64,000 nt of DNA from an uncultured bacterium (GTDB taxonomy: Bacteria > Desulfobacterota_D > UBA1144 > Nemesobacterales > UBA2774). The notes below the pieces were generated by a model. It saw only the letters and a list, made by a program, of their open reading frames with translations, had not been told where the DNA came from and did not search any database. Below, in pieces: positions 38,238 to 47,850 of the stretch. The position numbers and the translations under genes were made by a program. The stretch lies in NCBI GenBank assembly GCA_963705505.1, contig CAVPJU010000001.1:64001-128000 (forward strand), read 5' to 3'. Within the stretch, counting starts at the first letter, position 1. Each line of letters starts with the position of its first letter.

Positions 38238-38870
38238 TCAGTAGCCGCGGAGAATGGAGAACTCCCGATCTTCCGGCTCCTCTTTTCTTAAATTTCCCAC
38301 GAATGAGATGAGCTCCGGAAAGAACGCGTTGAAGTTGGTCTCGAGCTCTATATAATTCGATTCTACCTCCTCAATCGCCCCCTGAAGGGCGTTCTCCCTA
38401 TCGAATCGTCTCCTGAGTCTTTCGGATATGCGGTCTATGGCTTTGCCTGTCCCGTCGAGCGTGCAATACGAGCCGAGCCAGTCTTCGTCTATCATCCTGG
38501 GCAGGAAAAAGCGCAATCTTTCGGGGAGCGTCGTTCTGTGCCTCTTTAACAGCTCATATGCGTTACGGATAAAGAGGTCGAGCTCCGTATCCGAATAGGA
38601 TGCCCAGTTCTTTGCGAGGAAGTGATCGAAAGCGAGGTCAATTATAATGCCTGCGAACCTTCTCCTCCCGGGACTCATCAGTCTTTTGCTCGCTCTAAAT
38701 TTCTCGTGAGAGTCCGTGAATACGTCGACTTTCCTGTGCGTCCTTATCCCTTTTGCAATCTCGGGGTGATAATTATTCCCTATCGCACCCTTCACGAAAT
38801 CCCCCATCATGTTTCCGAGAATCGACTCTTCCGAGTCCTCCGCGAGATAAATGTGTGCGAGGTAGTTCAT
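38238..38870 (-). CDS. acpH: ACP phosphodiesterase AcpH
   Basis: MNYLAH, GDFVKG, HRKVDVFTDSH, DHFLA motifs. Confidence 0.93.
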   Translation of the reverse strand: MNYLAHIYLAEDSEESILGNMMGDFVKGAIGNNYHPEIAKGIRTHRKVDVFTDSHEKFRASKRLMSPGRRRFAGIIIDLAFDHFLAKNWASYSDTELDLFIRNAYELLKRHRTTLPERLRFFLPRMIDEDWLGSYCTLDGTGKAIDRISERLRRRFDRENALQGAIEEVESNYIELETNFNAFFPELISFVGNLRKEEPEDREFSILRGY

Positions 38871-38955
38871 GCTGTCCTTAGTATACCCGGATGGGAATCC
38901 ATACCTTCGGCGTTTTAGCTGCCGGTCCGGGAACGGCGAAAATGATGAACGGTTA

Positions 38956-39402
38956 TTACTCTATTCCGACCAGCTCCACATCGAAAATAAGCGTGGAATT
39001 GGGCGGGATCACGGGCGGGTAACCCCTCTCGCCGTAGGCGAGGCCGGGCGGTATAATGAGCTCGCGCTTTCCTCCGACCTTCATATCCGCAATGCCTTCG
39101 TCCCAGCCTTTGATTACCTGTCCCACACCGAGAGTGAACTCAATGGGCTCCCCTCGCTCGACCGAGCTGTCAAACACGGTCCCGTCCTGCAATTTGCCCG
39201 TATAATGGACTTTAACCTTCTGTCCAATTTGGGGTTTCGGACCGCTCCCTTCCTCGATAATAATATATTCGAGCCCGGATGCGGTTTTCTGCACCTGGGG
39301 ACTGTTCTTCTTTTCGCCCGCGTTCGCATTGAAGACCGTAAGGTTAAAAGCGATTAATGTCAAAATAGTGAAAATCGTGATTCCCGTAAAGTTCTCTATC
39401 AT
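38956..39402 (-). CDS. FKBP-type peptidyl-prolyl isomerase, exported
   Basis: [31 protein letters not shown] 39402 after GAGGAG; signal peptide. Confidence 0.95.
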   Translation of the reverse strand: MIENFTGITIFTILTLIAFNLTVFNANAGEKKNSPQVQKTASGLEYIIIEEGSGPKPQIGQKVKVHYTGKLQDGTVFDSSVERGEPIEFTLGVGQVIKGWDEGIADMKVGGKRELIIPPGLAYGERGYPPVIPPNSTLIFDVELVGIE

Positions 39403-39692
39403 TTTGTTCTCCTCACTCCTTGTGGATTTCTTATTTTGATTGAAGCTGAAACCAGAGAAATAATTACACCATGCCCTTTCACAGGCGGGGTCATATATGA
39501 CAAATACCTTAACTGAATCTATGTGAATTTTCATGCTTATATTTTGTGATTGTTTGTACGGGATGCGACAGGTCGACGCGTGTCGGTCGGCCGTTTTTTA
39601 TAACCCGGAACGGGATTGACAAGTACTTTTTACCCTGAATAAATATTCATTTCAGGTAGGGGTGCTGAATCAAATAGTAGAGGAGGAGTCTT

Positions 39693-40478
39693 ATGGGATT
39701 TCAGTTTATAAGCTATGAAAGAATACCGAACAGTATCGGTATTCTTACGATCAACCGTCCGAATGTGCTCAACGCGCTAAATTGGGACACGCTCGGGGAG
39801 CTGAGAGAGTTCCTCGAGGATGTCTTGCCTAAAGAAGAATTAAAAGTGCTGATTTTTACCGGAGCCGGGGATAAGGCGTTCGTCGCCGGAGCCGATATCG
39901 CACAGATGAACGAGATGAAGGAAAGAGACTTCCAGGACTATGTTGATTATGCCCACAGGGTATACGAGCTTATAGAGAACGAGTCCTGCCCCTCTATCGC
40001 GGCCATAAACGGATACGCCCTCGGCGGCGGCTGCGAGCTCGCTCTCGCCTGTGATATCCGAATAGCGTCTGAAAAGGCGAGGCTTGGGTTCCCCGAAGTA
40101 AAGCTCGGCATATTCCCGGGGTGGGGCGGGACACAGCGTGTTACGAGGATTCTTGGGCTCGGAAAGACCAAAGAGCTCGTGTTCACGGGCGAGATGATAA
40201 ACGCCGAAGAAGCCCTCAGAATAGGACTTGTAGAAAGGGTTGTCCCTCACGAAGAAATCATGAATGAAGCGAAAAAGCTCGCGGGCGAGATAGCAAAAAG
40301 AGGACCCATAGCCGTAAGGCTCTCCAAAACCGCCATCAACGCCGGCTCGGAAATGGACTTGCAGAAGGCGCTCCTCCTAGAGAAGACTCTCGTTTCGCTC
40401 TGTTTCGATTCCAAGGACAGAGTAGAAGGGATGAATGCATTTTTGGAGAAGAGAGAGCCTGCTTTTACAGGCGAGTAA
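39693..40478 (+). CDS. crt: Enoyl-CoA hydratase (crotonase family)
   Basis: AFVAGADI, ALGGGCELALACD, FPEVKLGIFPG. Confidence 0.9.
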   Translation: MGFQFISYERIPNSIGILTINRPNVLNALNWDTLGELREFLEDVLPKEELKVLIFTGAGDKAFVAGADIAQMNEMKERDFQDYVDYAHRVYELIENESCPSIAAINGYALGGGCELALACDIRIASEKARLGFPEVKLGIFPGWGGTQRVTRILGLGKTKELVFTGEMINAEEALRIGLVERVVPHEEIMNEAKKLAGEIAKRGPIAVRLSKTAINAGSEMDLQKALLLEKTLVSLCFDSKDRVEGMNAFLEKREPAFTGE

Positions 40479-40486
40479 GAATTCCG

Positions 40487-40513
40487 GGAGCCGGGAAATT
40501 TCAATCCGGCTCC
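40487..40513 (+). terminator. Stem-loop downstream of crt
   Basis: GGAGCCGG...CCGGCTCC 8-bp inverted repeat; no clear U-tract. Confidence 0.4.
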
Positions 40514-40615
40514 GCGAACTCAATGTTGTAAGATCTTTACTCCCGGTTTATCCCCCCTTCCTTCTAAAAGGGCGGAAAGCCCGTTAGAGGGCTCCGTACC
40601 CGCCCTCCCGTCAGG

Positions 40616-40643
40616 TTGACAAAAACCTCAATAGGAATAAAAT
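40616..40643 (+). promoter_or_regulatory. Putative sigma70 promoter of phaB
   Basis: TTGACA-16 nt-TAAAAT. Confidence 0.55.
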
Positions 40644-40699
40644 CTATAATCCTGACTTTTTAATACGACTGTAGAGTTACGAGCTCTAGGAGGTGTTAT

Positions 40700-41455
40700 A
40701 TGCTTGAACAGATGCACGATTTATCTGGCAAAGTTGCAATAGTAACCGGGGGTTCGAGAGGGATCGGAAGGGCGATTTGTCTTGCTTTGGCTGAGGCGGG
40801 AGCGGATATCCTGCTCAACTATTCGCGCAGCGATAAGGAAGCGGATAAGGTGAAGAAGGATGTTGAGAAATTCGGGAGGAAGTGCGTTACCGTAAGAGCG
40901 AATGTGGGGAATTTCCAGCAGGCACAGGGACTCGGTAAAGCGGTTATGAACCATTTCGGCAAGGTTGACATACTGGTTAACAACGCCGGGATCAACAGGG
41001 ACAGAACTCTTAAAAGAATGACATTCGAGCAGTGGAACGAAGTAATACAGACTAACCTGTCAAGCGTGTTTAATTGTACGAAAGCCGTGATCGATCCCAT
41101 GTCTGAGCACGGGGGTGTAATAATTTCCATATCTTCGATCATCGGCGAAATGGGTAACCTCGGCCAGTGCAACTACGCTGCGACCAAGGCGGGCATAATC
41201 GGTTTTACGAAAACTATGGCGAGGGAGCTCGCGAAGAGCAATATACGGGTGAACGCCGTTGCCCCGGGGTTTGTAGAGACGGACATGCTCGGCACGGTGC
41301 CTGAAGACATTCGCGACCAGATTAAGAAGGAAATCGCTCTCGGCAGATTCGGCACCCCTGAGGAGATCGCGCTTGCGGTGGTTTATCTCTGCTCCTCGGC
41401 AGCGAGCTGGATCACAGGTGTAACATTGAGGATCAACGGCGGACATTACATCTAA
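40700..41455 (+). CDS. phaB: Acetoacetyl-CoA reductase PhaB / FabG-like SDR
   Basis: TGGSRGIG, NNAGINRD, NYAATKAG, INGG; adjacent to phaC. Confidence 0.8.
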   Translation: MLEQMHDLSGKVAIVTGGSRGIGRAICLALAEAGADILLNYSRSDKEADKVKKDVEKFGRKCVTVRANVGNFQQAQGLGKAVMNHFGKVDILVNNAGINRDRTLKRMTFEQWNEVIQTNLSSVFNCTKAVIDPMSEHGGVIISISSIIGEMGNLGQCNYAATKAGIIGFTKTMARELAKSNIRVNAVAPGFVETDMLGTVPEDIRDQIKKEIALGRFGTPEEIALAVVYLCSSAASWITGVTLRINGGHYI

Positions 41456-41469
41456 AGTTAATATAAGAA

Positions 41470-41519
41470 ATCCGTATTTGTGATGATCTGCCGGAGTAGA
41501 TAAACTCACAAATACGGAT
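41470..41519. terminator. Long hairpin between convergent phaB and phaC (likely bidirectional terminator)
   Basis: ATCCGTATTTGTGA / TCACAAATACGGAT perfect 14-bp stem with inner ATCTGC/GTAGAT stem. Confidence 0.65.
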
Positions 41520-41547
41520 CGTATCTTTCGGTTTTATTTATATTAAG

Positions 41548-42615
41548 TTACTTCGATCTTTCTATCAGCCAGTCAGCAACTTCCGGCCATAGAGCTTTAA
41601 GCGATTTACTGCTTACGGAAAGCCCTATGTGGCCCGTCGGATAAACGATCGTTTTGGTATCTTTGCTCGACGTAAGCTCAGTGAATCCCAGGCTCGAAGC
41701 GGGCGGTACCAGGTGATCGTTTTCCGCGATCAGGTTCAATACGGGACATTTTATTTCTTTAAGGTCCACACGCCTGCCGTTTATCCTCAGTTTATTTTCA
41801 ACGAGCTGGTTTTCCTGATACAGGTATTTGACGAATTCCCTGAAAACCTCCCCTGCTACGGGGATGTTGTCGTTGAGCCATTTCTCCATGGCGAGGAAAT
41901 TATCCACAAACGCCTCATTGTCGACATTCTCGTAGAAGTTCACGTACTTCGATACCAGGTTCTGAATCGGCTTCATGAACAGAAAGCCCGACTGTAGAAA
42001 TTCGGGGGGAACGTTGCCGAAGGCATCGACGAACTTGTCCACGTCGAAATTGGGCCTGTCGCCCCAGAGGTTCAATGTGCCTTCCACTTTGAAATCAATT
42101 CCCGCCGTCATCAAGACCAGGTTCTGTAGGTCCTCCGGGTATAGCGCGGTGTACATGGCGGACATCGTCCCGCCCATGCAGTAACCGAGTATGTTCACCT
42201 TCTCGACGCCCGAATCCTTTTTGACTTTTTTAACGACCTGTCTGATGTACCTGTTTACATAGTGGTTGAGGTCGAGCTTTTTATCCTCGTCCCCGGGGGC
42301 GCCCCAGTCTATGAGATATACATCTATTCCCTTCTTGAGGAGCACTTCCACAACGCTTCTGCCCGGTTTGAGGTCCAGAATATAAGGGCGGTTCACGAGT
42401 GCGAATATCATTATTAAGGGTACCGGGTGCGTCTTTTCCGTCATGGGATGGTAATGCAGGAGACGCAGCTTATTCTCTGTGAATATCACCTCGTGAGGAG
42501 AAGCGCCTACCTCGACATCTGGCGGATTAAGTAATGCTATTTCAATTGCTTTGCTGAATTTTTCTCTCGCCTTCCCGGCTTCCTGCATGGCGGAGTCCAT
42601 GTATTTATTTCCCAT
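41548..42615 (-). CDS. phaC: Class III/IV-type PHA synthase catalytic subunit
   Basis: ALVNRPYILDL, lipase box GYCMGG, NDHLVPP (Asp), GHIG (His); 355 aa. Confidence 0.95.
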   Translation of the reverse strand: MGNKYMDSAMQEAGKAREKFSKAIEIALLNPPDVEVGASPHEVIFTENKLRLLHYHPMTEKTHPVPLIMIFALVNRPYILDLKPGRSVVEVLLKKGIDVYLIDWGAPGDEDKKLDLNHYVNRYIRQVVKKVKKDSGVEKVNILGYCMGGTMSAMYTALYPEDLQNLVLMTAGIDFKVEGTLNLWGDRPNFDVDKFVDAFGNVPPEFLQSGFLFMKPIQNLVSKYVNFYENVDNEAFVDNFLAMEKWLNDNIPVAGEVFREFVKYLYQENQLVENKLRINGRRVDLKEIKCPVLNLIAENDHLVPPASSLGFTELTSSKDTKTIVYPTGHIGLSVSSKSLKALWPEVADWLIERSK

Positions 42616-42682
42616 ATTAATTTCAAGCCTCCTAATTTACCCACGGCTGACCCGCTAGAAGAATCGGGTCTTAAAGTAATAT

Positions 42683-43126
42683 TTATTTCTTTGGAGTGCG
42701 GACGGGCTTACTTAAATCGTCCACCTTATCGACGATGTCGTTTACTTTTTCTTCCAGGTTGTTGAGGGACGCGAGCACCCTGTCGATATCGCTCTTTGTC
42801 GGAAAACGCATATTCTTCAGAGTCTTTTCGACTGCTTCATCGAAATACTTCTTGAACTCGGAGGATTTTTCGACTGCCTTTCCGATGTTAGCGGCGAACA
42901 GAGGGCTGTTTACCCATTTCTCCAGGACTTCCGACGAGGATTTTTCCCAGGTCTCATAAAACTTCTTATACTGGGCTATCGGGTCGTAGTCCTGCCCTTT
43001 TTCAACCGCCTCATTTTTAGTCAGGGGATTCTTTTTCCACATGTCCATGGCTTCGGACATGGTTTTTTCCCAGGCCTCATAAAACTTCTTATACTGCTCC
43101 GTATAATCGAATGTCTCTTTGCTCAT
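42683..43126 (-). CDS. PhaE/PhaR-like PHA synthase accessory subunit 1
   Basis: FYETW, SPLF, LKNMRFPTKSDID...LEEKV coiled-coil C-terminus; directly upstream of phaC. Confidence 0.75.
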   Translation of the reverse strand: MSKETFDYTEQYKKFYEAWEKTMSEAMDMWKKNPLTKNEAVEKGQDYDPIAQYKKFYETWEKSSSEVLEKWVNSPLFAANIGKAVEKSSEFKKYFDEAVEKTLKNMRFPTKSDIDRVLASLNNLEEKVNDIVDKVDDLSKPVRTPKK

Positions 43127-43491
43127 TGTTTTTTCTCCTTAACTTTATTTTTCGGACTTCTGGTTCCGGCTTTCGGTTTAGATTTTTTGGCACTCGTCTG
43201 GAGGTCAGTGATCTTGCTCTCGAGCTCCGCTATTTTCTCTCCGAGCGAATCCAGCGTGTCGATGAGCTTGTCCATGTCTTTTTTCTCGGGCAGGTATCTC
43301 TGCTCGAGTGTTTGCTCCATGAAACTATGGATGTAGCTCTTGAATTCGGAGGACTTTTCCACGGCCCTTTCCATGAGCGGGCTGTTCATCCATACATCCA
43401 TTAATTTATTTGTGGATTCTTCCCATGACTCGAAGAGCTTCTTGAAATAACTGAAGTAATAAATCTCTTCATACTCTTTTTTCTTTTCCAA
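43123..43491 (-). CDS. PhaE/PhaR-like accessory subunit 2 (paralog of 42683-43126)
   Basis: Shares WxNSPL, AVEKSSEFKxY and LP..D.D motifs; TTG 43491 follows GGAGG; 4-nt overlap with the next gene. Confidence 0.7.
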   Translation of the reverse strand: MEKKKEYEEIYYFSYFKKLFESWEESTNKLMDVWMNSPLMERAVEKSSEFKSYIHSFMEQTLEQRYLPEKKDMDKLIDTLDSLGEKIAELESKITDLQTSAKKSKPKAGTRSPKNKVKEKKQ

Positions 43492-43597
43492 TCCTGTCCT
43501 CCCGAACAAAATCTTCGGAGCCGTGTGATCTATACCTTATATTATACTACATATTAACATCCGTTAATTACAGAGCCCTGCTTTACCGTATCTTTAA

Positions 43598-44014
43598 TCA
43601 GGAGGTGAAGGAGCTCACGTATTTATCAAACGCGGAGAATGCTCTTTCCGCGGATCTTTGGTTGAGGTCGAGGAACTCTTTTGAATAATTGTCGGATATT
43701 TTTTTGAAAATACTATAGAAATTGTTTTGAAATTCTATAACACGGTCCAGGTTTTCGCTGATTCCGAGATTGGAATACTCTTTCGGGAGCTTCTTGAATA
43801 CGGATTTGATCTGCTCCGTGTAATCTTTCTGGATTTTGGTAAGCTGCTCAATCTGGGCATCCAGGATTCTCTTGTTTTCTTCGAGAAGCGAGTGAGCAGT
43901 GTCAAGTCCAATCAAATAATTATCCTTCACTATTCCGTTTAAATCATAACATAATTCATTTTTAGCCTCGACCTTCACTTCTTTTTTAGGTGCTGCTTTC
44001 TTGGTTTGCGGCAT
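43598..44014 (-). CDS. Candidate phasin (PHA granule-associated protein)
   Basis: 138 aa, helical/amphipathic pattern, Lys/Ala-rich N-terminus, strong GGAGG RBS, head of the pha cluster. Confidence 0.6.
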   Translation of the reverse strand: MPQTKKAAPKKEVKVEAKNELCYDLNGIVKDNYLIGLDTAHSLLEENKRILDAQIEQLTKIQKDYTEQIKSVFKKLPKEYSNLGISENLDRVIEFQNNFYSIFKKISDNYSKEFLDLNQRSAERAFSAFDKYVSSFTS

Positions 44015-44345
44015 TTTTATTACCTCCCCTTGTTATCGTTCTACGATAAATATAATTAGTCCCCGTTTATTGTCAAGGCGTGTTGTTAGCAATTGCACAA
44101 TTGTATTATTCAGTCATGTCTGATGGTTATGAAATCGACTCCTTATGTTTCATAGCAACAGCGGTAGCACGGTGATCTCGGTTTAGAATTCTATAGTCCT
44201 CGAATCGCGCAGAATGCGATACGAGACCGGGTTAAAATGCCGGGTGGCCTGATTTCTTAAGAAATCAATCGCAACCACCTGAAATCTATACTTTCTATTC
44301 TTATAATATATATCCGGTACCATAATTTTGTAGAGAGGATATGAA

Positions 44346-45500
44346 TTGAAGCGGATTGCGGTTCTTTTAACGGTTCTGATTCTCACGGCGCTACCGGGTT
44401 TTGCTCAAACTGACGGGCAAATACATGATAGAGATACCGGTAACGCAGACCAGAATAAGGTTTTAACATTCGGCTGTCTCCTTCCGCTGACGGGTAAGTA
44501 CAGATTGCTGGGCGAGAAGGCGCTTAATGGTATCCTTGCCGGTGCGGCTTCCGCGCCTCCGGGCTTCGAATACCGGGTTATTGTAAAAGATATAGGGGAC
44601 AGTGACAGGAGATTGACAACCGCGCTTGACGAGCTGCTACAAACCCCCGACTTATCGTTCATCGTGGGCCCGTTTCCCAGTAAATTCATCCATATCGTGA
44701 ATTCACGCGTCAATTCGGAAAGAGTTCCGACAGTGGTGTTCCCGATAACCGAGGATGAATCCACGGGCGGCCCTTATATAATAAAGTTTTATTACCCTCT
44801 TGAAGAGCAGGTGAGGGTGATTTCCCGGTACGCTGCCCGGGAACTCGGAGTCAGGACATTCGGGGTCCTCTATCCTAAAACCCCGCTCGGTAAGAGGATG
44901 AAGGAGCTTTTCTCAGCGGATGTCGCCGAGTACGGAGGGAGGCTCGCGTACGAGGGGTCTTATGACCCGGAATCGAGGGATATTTCCAAGGAAGTCGGCT
45001 GGATATCATCCGTCAGACCTGAGGCCATATTCATACCCGACGGCGCTGCGTCCTCAGCCGAGCTGATTTTGAGGCTCAAAAGGGACGGAAAACTGAGGGA
45101 CGTGCTCTTTTTAGGACCCAGCACATGGAATAGCCCCGTGTTTTTAGACCTGATAGGACATGAGATAGACGGGTTTGTCTACAGGGCGGTATTCACGGAT
45201 ATCTTTTTTTACGGAGACGGGGATTGGGAAGAGTTCTCGAAGGTTATGGAAGGCAAGTTTCAGGAAAAACCGGATTTCTTCGAGTATCAGAATTACAGGG
45301 CCGTCAAACTCATGCTCTCCCTTGAGCGGGGAGGAGACCCGGGTAAAAAAGCTATAGCGGATGCCCTTAATTCGCTGAATAGCGATCCCGTTTATGGAAT
45401 AAGAAGAGATAAGAGCGGCAGCTTTCAAATTTCGCCGCGTTATAGGATCCTTTCCGTCAGCGACGGGGAGCTTATAGATATCATGGAAGTCAACCGATGA
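44346..45500 (+). CDS. Periplasmic binding protein type 1 fold (LpoA-like / branched-chain ABC substrate-binding family)
   Basis: Signal peptide; GCLLPLTG, FGVLYP, AIFIPD, LGPSTWN motifs. Confidence 0.75.
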   Translation: MKRIAVLLTVLILTALPGFAQTDGQIHDRDTGNADQNKVLTFGCLLPLTGKYRLLGEKALNGILAGAASAPPGFEYRVIVKDIGDSDRRLTTALDELLQTPDLSFIVGPFPSKFIHIVNSRVNSERVPTVVFPITEDESTGGPYIIKFYYPLEEQVRVISRYAARELGVRTFGVLYPKTPLGKRMKELFSADVAEYGGRLAYEGSYDPESRDISKEVGWISSVRPEAIFIPDGAASSAELILRLKRDGKLRDVLFLGPSTWNSPVFLDLIGHEIDGFVYRAVFTDIFFYGDGDWEEFSKVMEGKFQEKPDFFEYQNYRAVKLMLSLERGGDPGKKAIADALNSLNSDPVYGIRRDKSGSFQISPRYRILSVSDGELIDIMEVNR

Positions 45501-45539
45501 TTTATTTCTTCGGAGCAGTACGAGGCCGGTTTATTTGAA

Positions 45540-46355
45540 TCAATAGTCCCCAAGGAAGTTGTGACGACCGGGAGCGAGGTATCCGATTACGAAGAGGGTG
45601 AAGAGTATTATCCCGAACCCCAGAACGGCGCCGAACGCCGCCTTCCGTCCCTTCCAGCCCGAGGCTAGCCTCCCGTGTAGAAGGACTGCGTATAATAGCC
45701 ATGTGACCAGCGACCAGGTCTCCTTCTGCCCCCATACCCAGCCCTTTCCCCAGATTTCTTTTGCAAGGAGCAATCCCAGAGCGAGACCCACCGTTATCAG
45801 GGGGAAACCGATTATGAGACAAACGTGGTTGATTTTATCGAGAGTGGTGAGAGAAGGGAATTTCTGGAGCAGGCTTCCCACTCGCTTGGATTTTATCCTT
45901 TGTTCCTGGAACAGATATAACAGGCCCGAGATAAAGGCTACCGTGAATAAGGCCTCTCCCAGAAGAATGAATATTATGTGGATCAGTATCCAGGGGTTTC
46001 CGAGGGAGGACTCGTGCTCGATTATTCCCTGGGGCAGTATAACGTGGGGCAGCGTCATGATGAAAGCGAGCGGGGATACGAATGCCCCCAGCAGCGGCGC
46101 GTTGAATATTATCTGTGATCCTATGAATACCAGCGTGATAGCCAATGCGAAGAGGTATAGAGTGGTGTCGAGCCCGCCTGCTATGGGGTCTCCCCTGAGA
46201 TAAAGCATCACAAGGCTGACCGATTGAAAAATGGTCCCGAGAACGACCGTGTAGAATCCGAGCCTGGAGCCCGTCCTGCTCTCGGTCCAGATGTGGCTCA
46301 TGTAGAAGACGGACGAGATGAAATATAAAAGAGCTGTAATCCAGTATAAATCCAT
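45540..46355 (-). CDS. CcsA/HemX-family cytochrome c assembly membrane protein
   Basis: Eight TM pattern; WILIH, LDKIN, W-rich IWGKGWVWGQKETWS, GWKGRK, terminal His. Confidence 0.85.
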   Translation of the reverse strand: MDLYWITALLYFISSVFYMSHIWTESRTGSRLGFYTVVLGTIFQSVSLVMLYLRGDPIAGGLDTTLYLFALAITLVFIGSQIIFNAPLLGAFVSPLAFIMTLPHVILPQGIIEHESSLGNPWILIHIIFILLGEALFTVAFISGLLYLFQEQRIKSKRVGSLLQKFPSLTTLDKINHVCLIIGFPLITVGLALGLLLAKEIWGKGWVWGQKETWSLVTWLLYAVLLHGRLASGWKGRKAAFGAVLGFGIILFTLFVIGYLAPGRHNFLGDY

Positions 46356-46497
46356 ACCTATATTTTATTTAGATAGTGTTTAAATACAATAAAAGCCGCT
46401 AAATAAGGCTGCTGATTCATATGCCGACGGGTTATAGCATATACACGCCGACGCTTTCACGGAAATGGCGATCCTATAGGATGATGACGAAAGGATA

Positions 46498-47571
46498 TTA
46501 AGAGAACGCCGTCTCTTTGAGAATCTCGGTTTGGTAATGGGTAGTAAGGGCATCGATCAATTCATCCATATTGCCGTTCAGTATATCTTCGATTTTATAG
46601 AGCGTGAGTCCGATCCTGTGGTCCGTGATTCTCCCGTCCCGGAAATTATATGTCCTTATCTTCTCACTCCTGTCTCCGCTTCCGACAAGGCTTTTTCTCG
46701 TGCTTGCGAGCTCGCTCCGCCTCTTTTGCTCCTCTATCTCGTATAGTTTCGCACGTAACATCCTCATGGCGTGTGCGCGGTTTTTGTGCTGCGATCTCTC
46801 GTCCTGGCATTGTACTACGATTCCCGTGGGCAGATGTGTGATCCTGATTGCGGAATCCGTTTTGTTCACATGCTGGCCCCCGGGGCCCGACGCGCGGTAA
46901 GTATCAATTTTCAGGTCCTTTTCATCTATATCGACTTCGACCTCATCCGGCTCCGCGAGCACCGCCACCGTGGCAGTCGAGGTGTGGATCCTTCCGCTCG
47001 TTTCCGTCGCCGGAACTCTTTGCACCCTGTGCACTCCGCTCTCGTACTTGAGCCTGCTGTAAACGTTTTTGCCCTCGATTGCGACTATCGCCTCTTTTAG
47101 CCCGCCGATGCCGGTTTCGCTCAAGCTGATGACCTCCACCTTCCATTTATTAGCTTCGGCGTATCTCGAATACATCCTGAATAAATCAGCCGCAAACAGC
47201 GCGGCCTCGTCTCCCCCGGTCCCTCCCCTTATCTCGAGAAAGACGTTCTTTGCGTCGTTCGGGTCCGTGGGAAGAAGTAATAGGCGGAGCTCTTCCTCAA
47301 GACTCAAGAGCTCTTTATCGAGCCCTTCGATCTCCTCCCGCGCGAGGTCCCCGAGGTCCTTGTCTTTAAGGAGAGTTTTATTTTCCTCGATTTTTTCGAG
47401 CACGTTTTTATACTTCCGATAGACTTCCACTATCTCGTCGAGGTCTGATAATTCCTTGGAATACTTATGAATTTCAGGCGGACTTATATCGGGTTGACTT
47501 AATGTTCTCTCGATTTCAAGGTATTTTTTCTCGACTTCTTCAAGCCGTTTTAACATTCCTAATTCTGCCAT
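46498..47571 (-). CDS. prfA: Peptide chain release factor 1
   Basis: PAT recognition motif, GGQ, RTYNF. Confidence 0.97.
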   Translation of the reverse strand: MAELGMLKRLEEVEKKYLEIERTLSQPDISPPEIHKYSKELSDLDEIVEVYRKYKNVLEKIEENKTLLKDKDLGDLAREEIEGLDKELLSLEEELRLLLLPTDPNDAKNVFLEIRGGTGGDEAALFAADLFRMYSRYAEANKWKVEVISLSETGIGGLKEAIVAIEGKNVYSRLKYESGVHRVQRVPATETSGRIHTSTATVAVLAEPDEVEVDIDEKDLKIDTYRASGPGGQHVNKTDSAIRITHLPTGIVVQCQDERSQHKNRAHAMRMLRAKLYEIEEQKRRSELASTRKSLVGSGDRSEKIRTYNFRDGRITDHRIGLTLYKIEDILNGNMDELIDALTTHYQTEILKETAFS

Positions 47572-47639
47572 TTCCTACTAATATCATCACACATCTTGCA
47601 AAAATTTCAAGATAATATTAAACTTGTCTAGGTAAGACA

Positions 47640-47849
47640 ATGGAAACAATGGATATTCTTGAGGGCAAAATAAAAGAGGCTCTATCGAGGAAAACAAAGC
47701 TCGAAGTGGAGCACAAAAACCTTATGGAGGAAGTCGCAAGTCTCAGGGAAAGTGTAAAGAAACTTGAGAAGGAAAGGGACGATATTAAACAGAAGTTAGA
47801 CAGAGTGATCGAGAAGGTTGAGATTTATTTAAGCAGGTCTGAGGCATAG
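47640..47849 (+). CDS. ZapB-like coiled-coil protein
   Basis: 69-aa heptad-rich protein directly upstream of zapA. Confidence 0.7.
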   Translation: METMDILEGKIKEALSRKTKLEVEHKNLMEEVASLRESVKKLEKERDDIKQKLDRVIEKVEIYLSRSEA

Positions 47850-47850
47850 C

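Noticed and set aside
44160..44250. Possible structured ncRNA between phasin and lpoA-like genes
   Set aside because: Only short interrupted stems and no recognisable family; insufficient support without folding or covariation analysis
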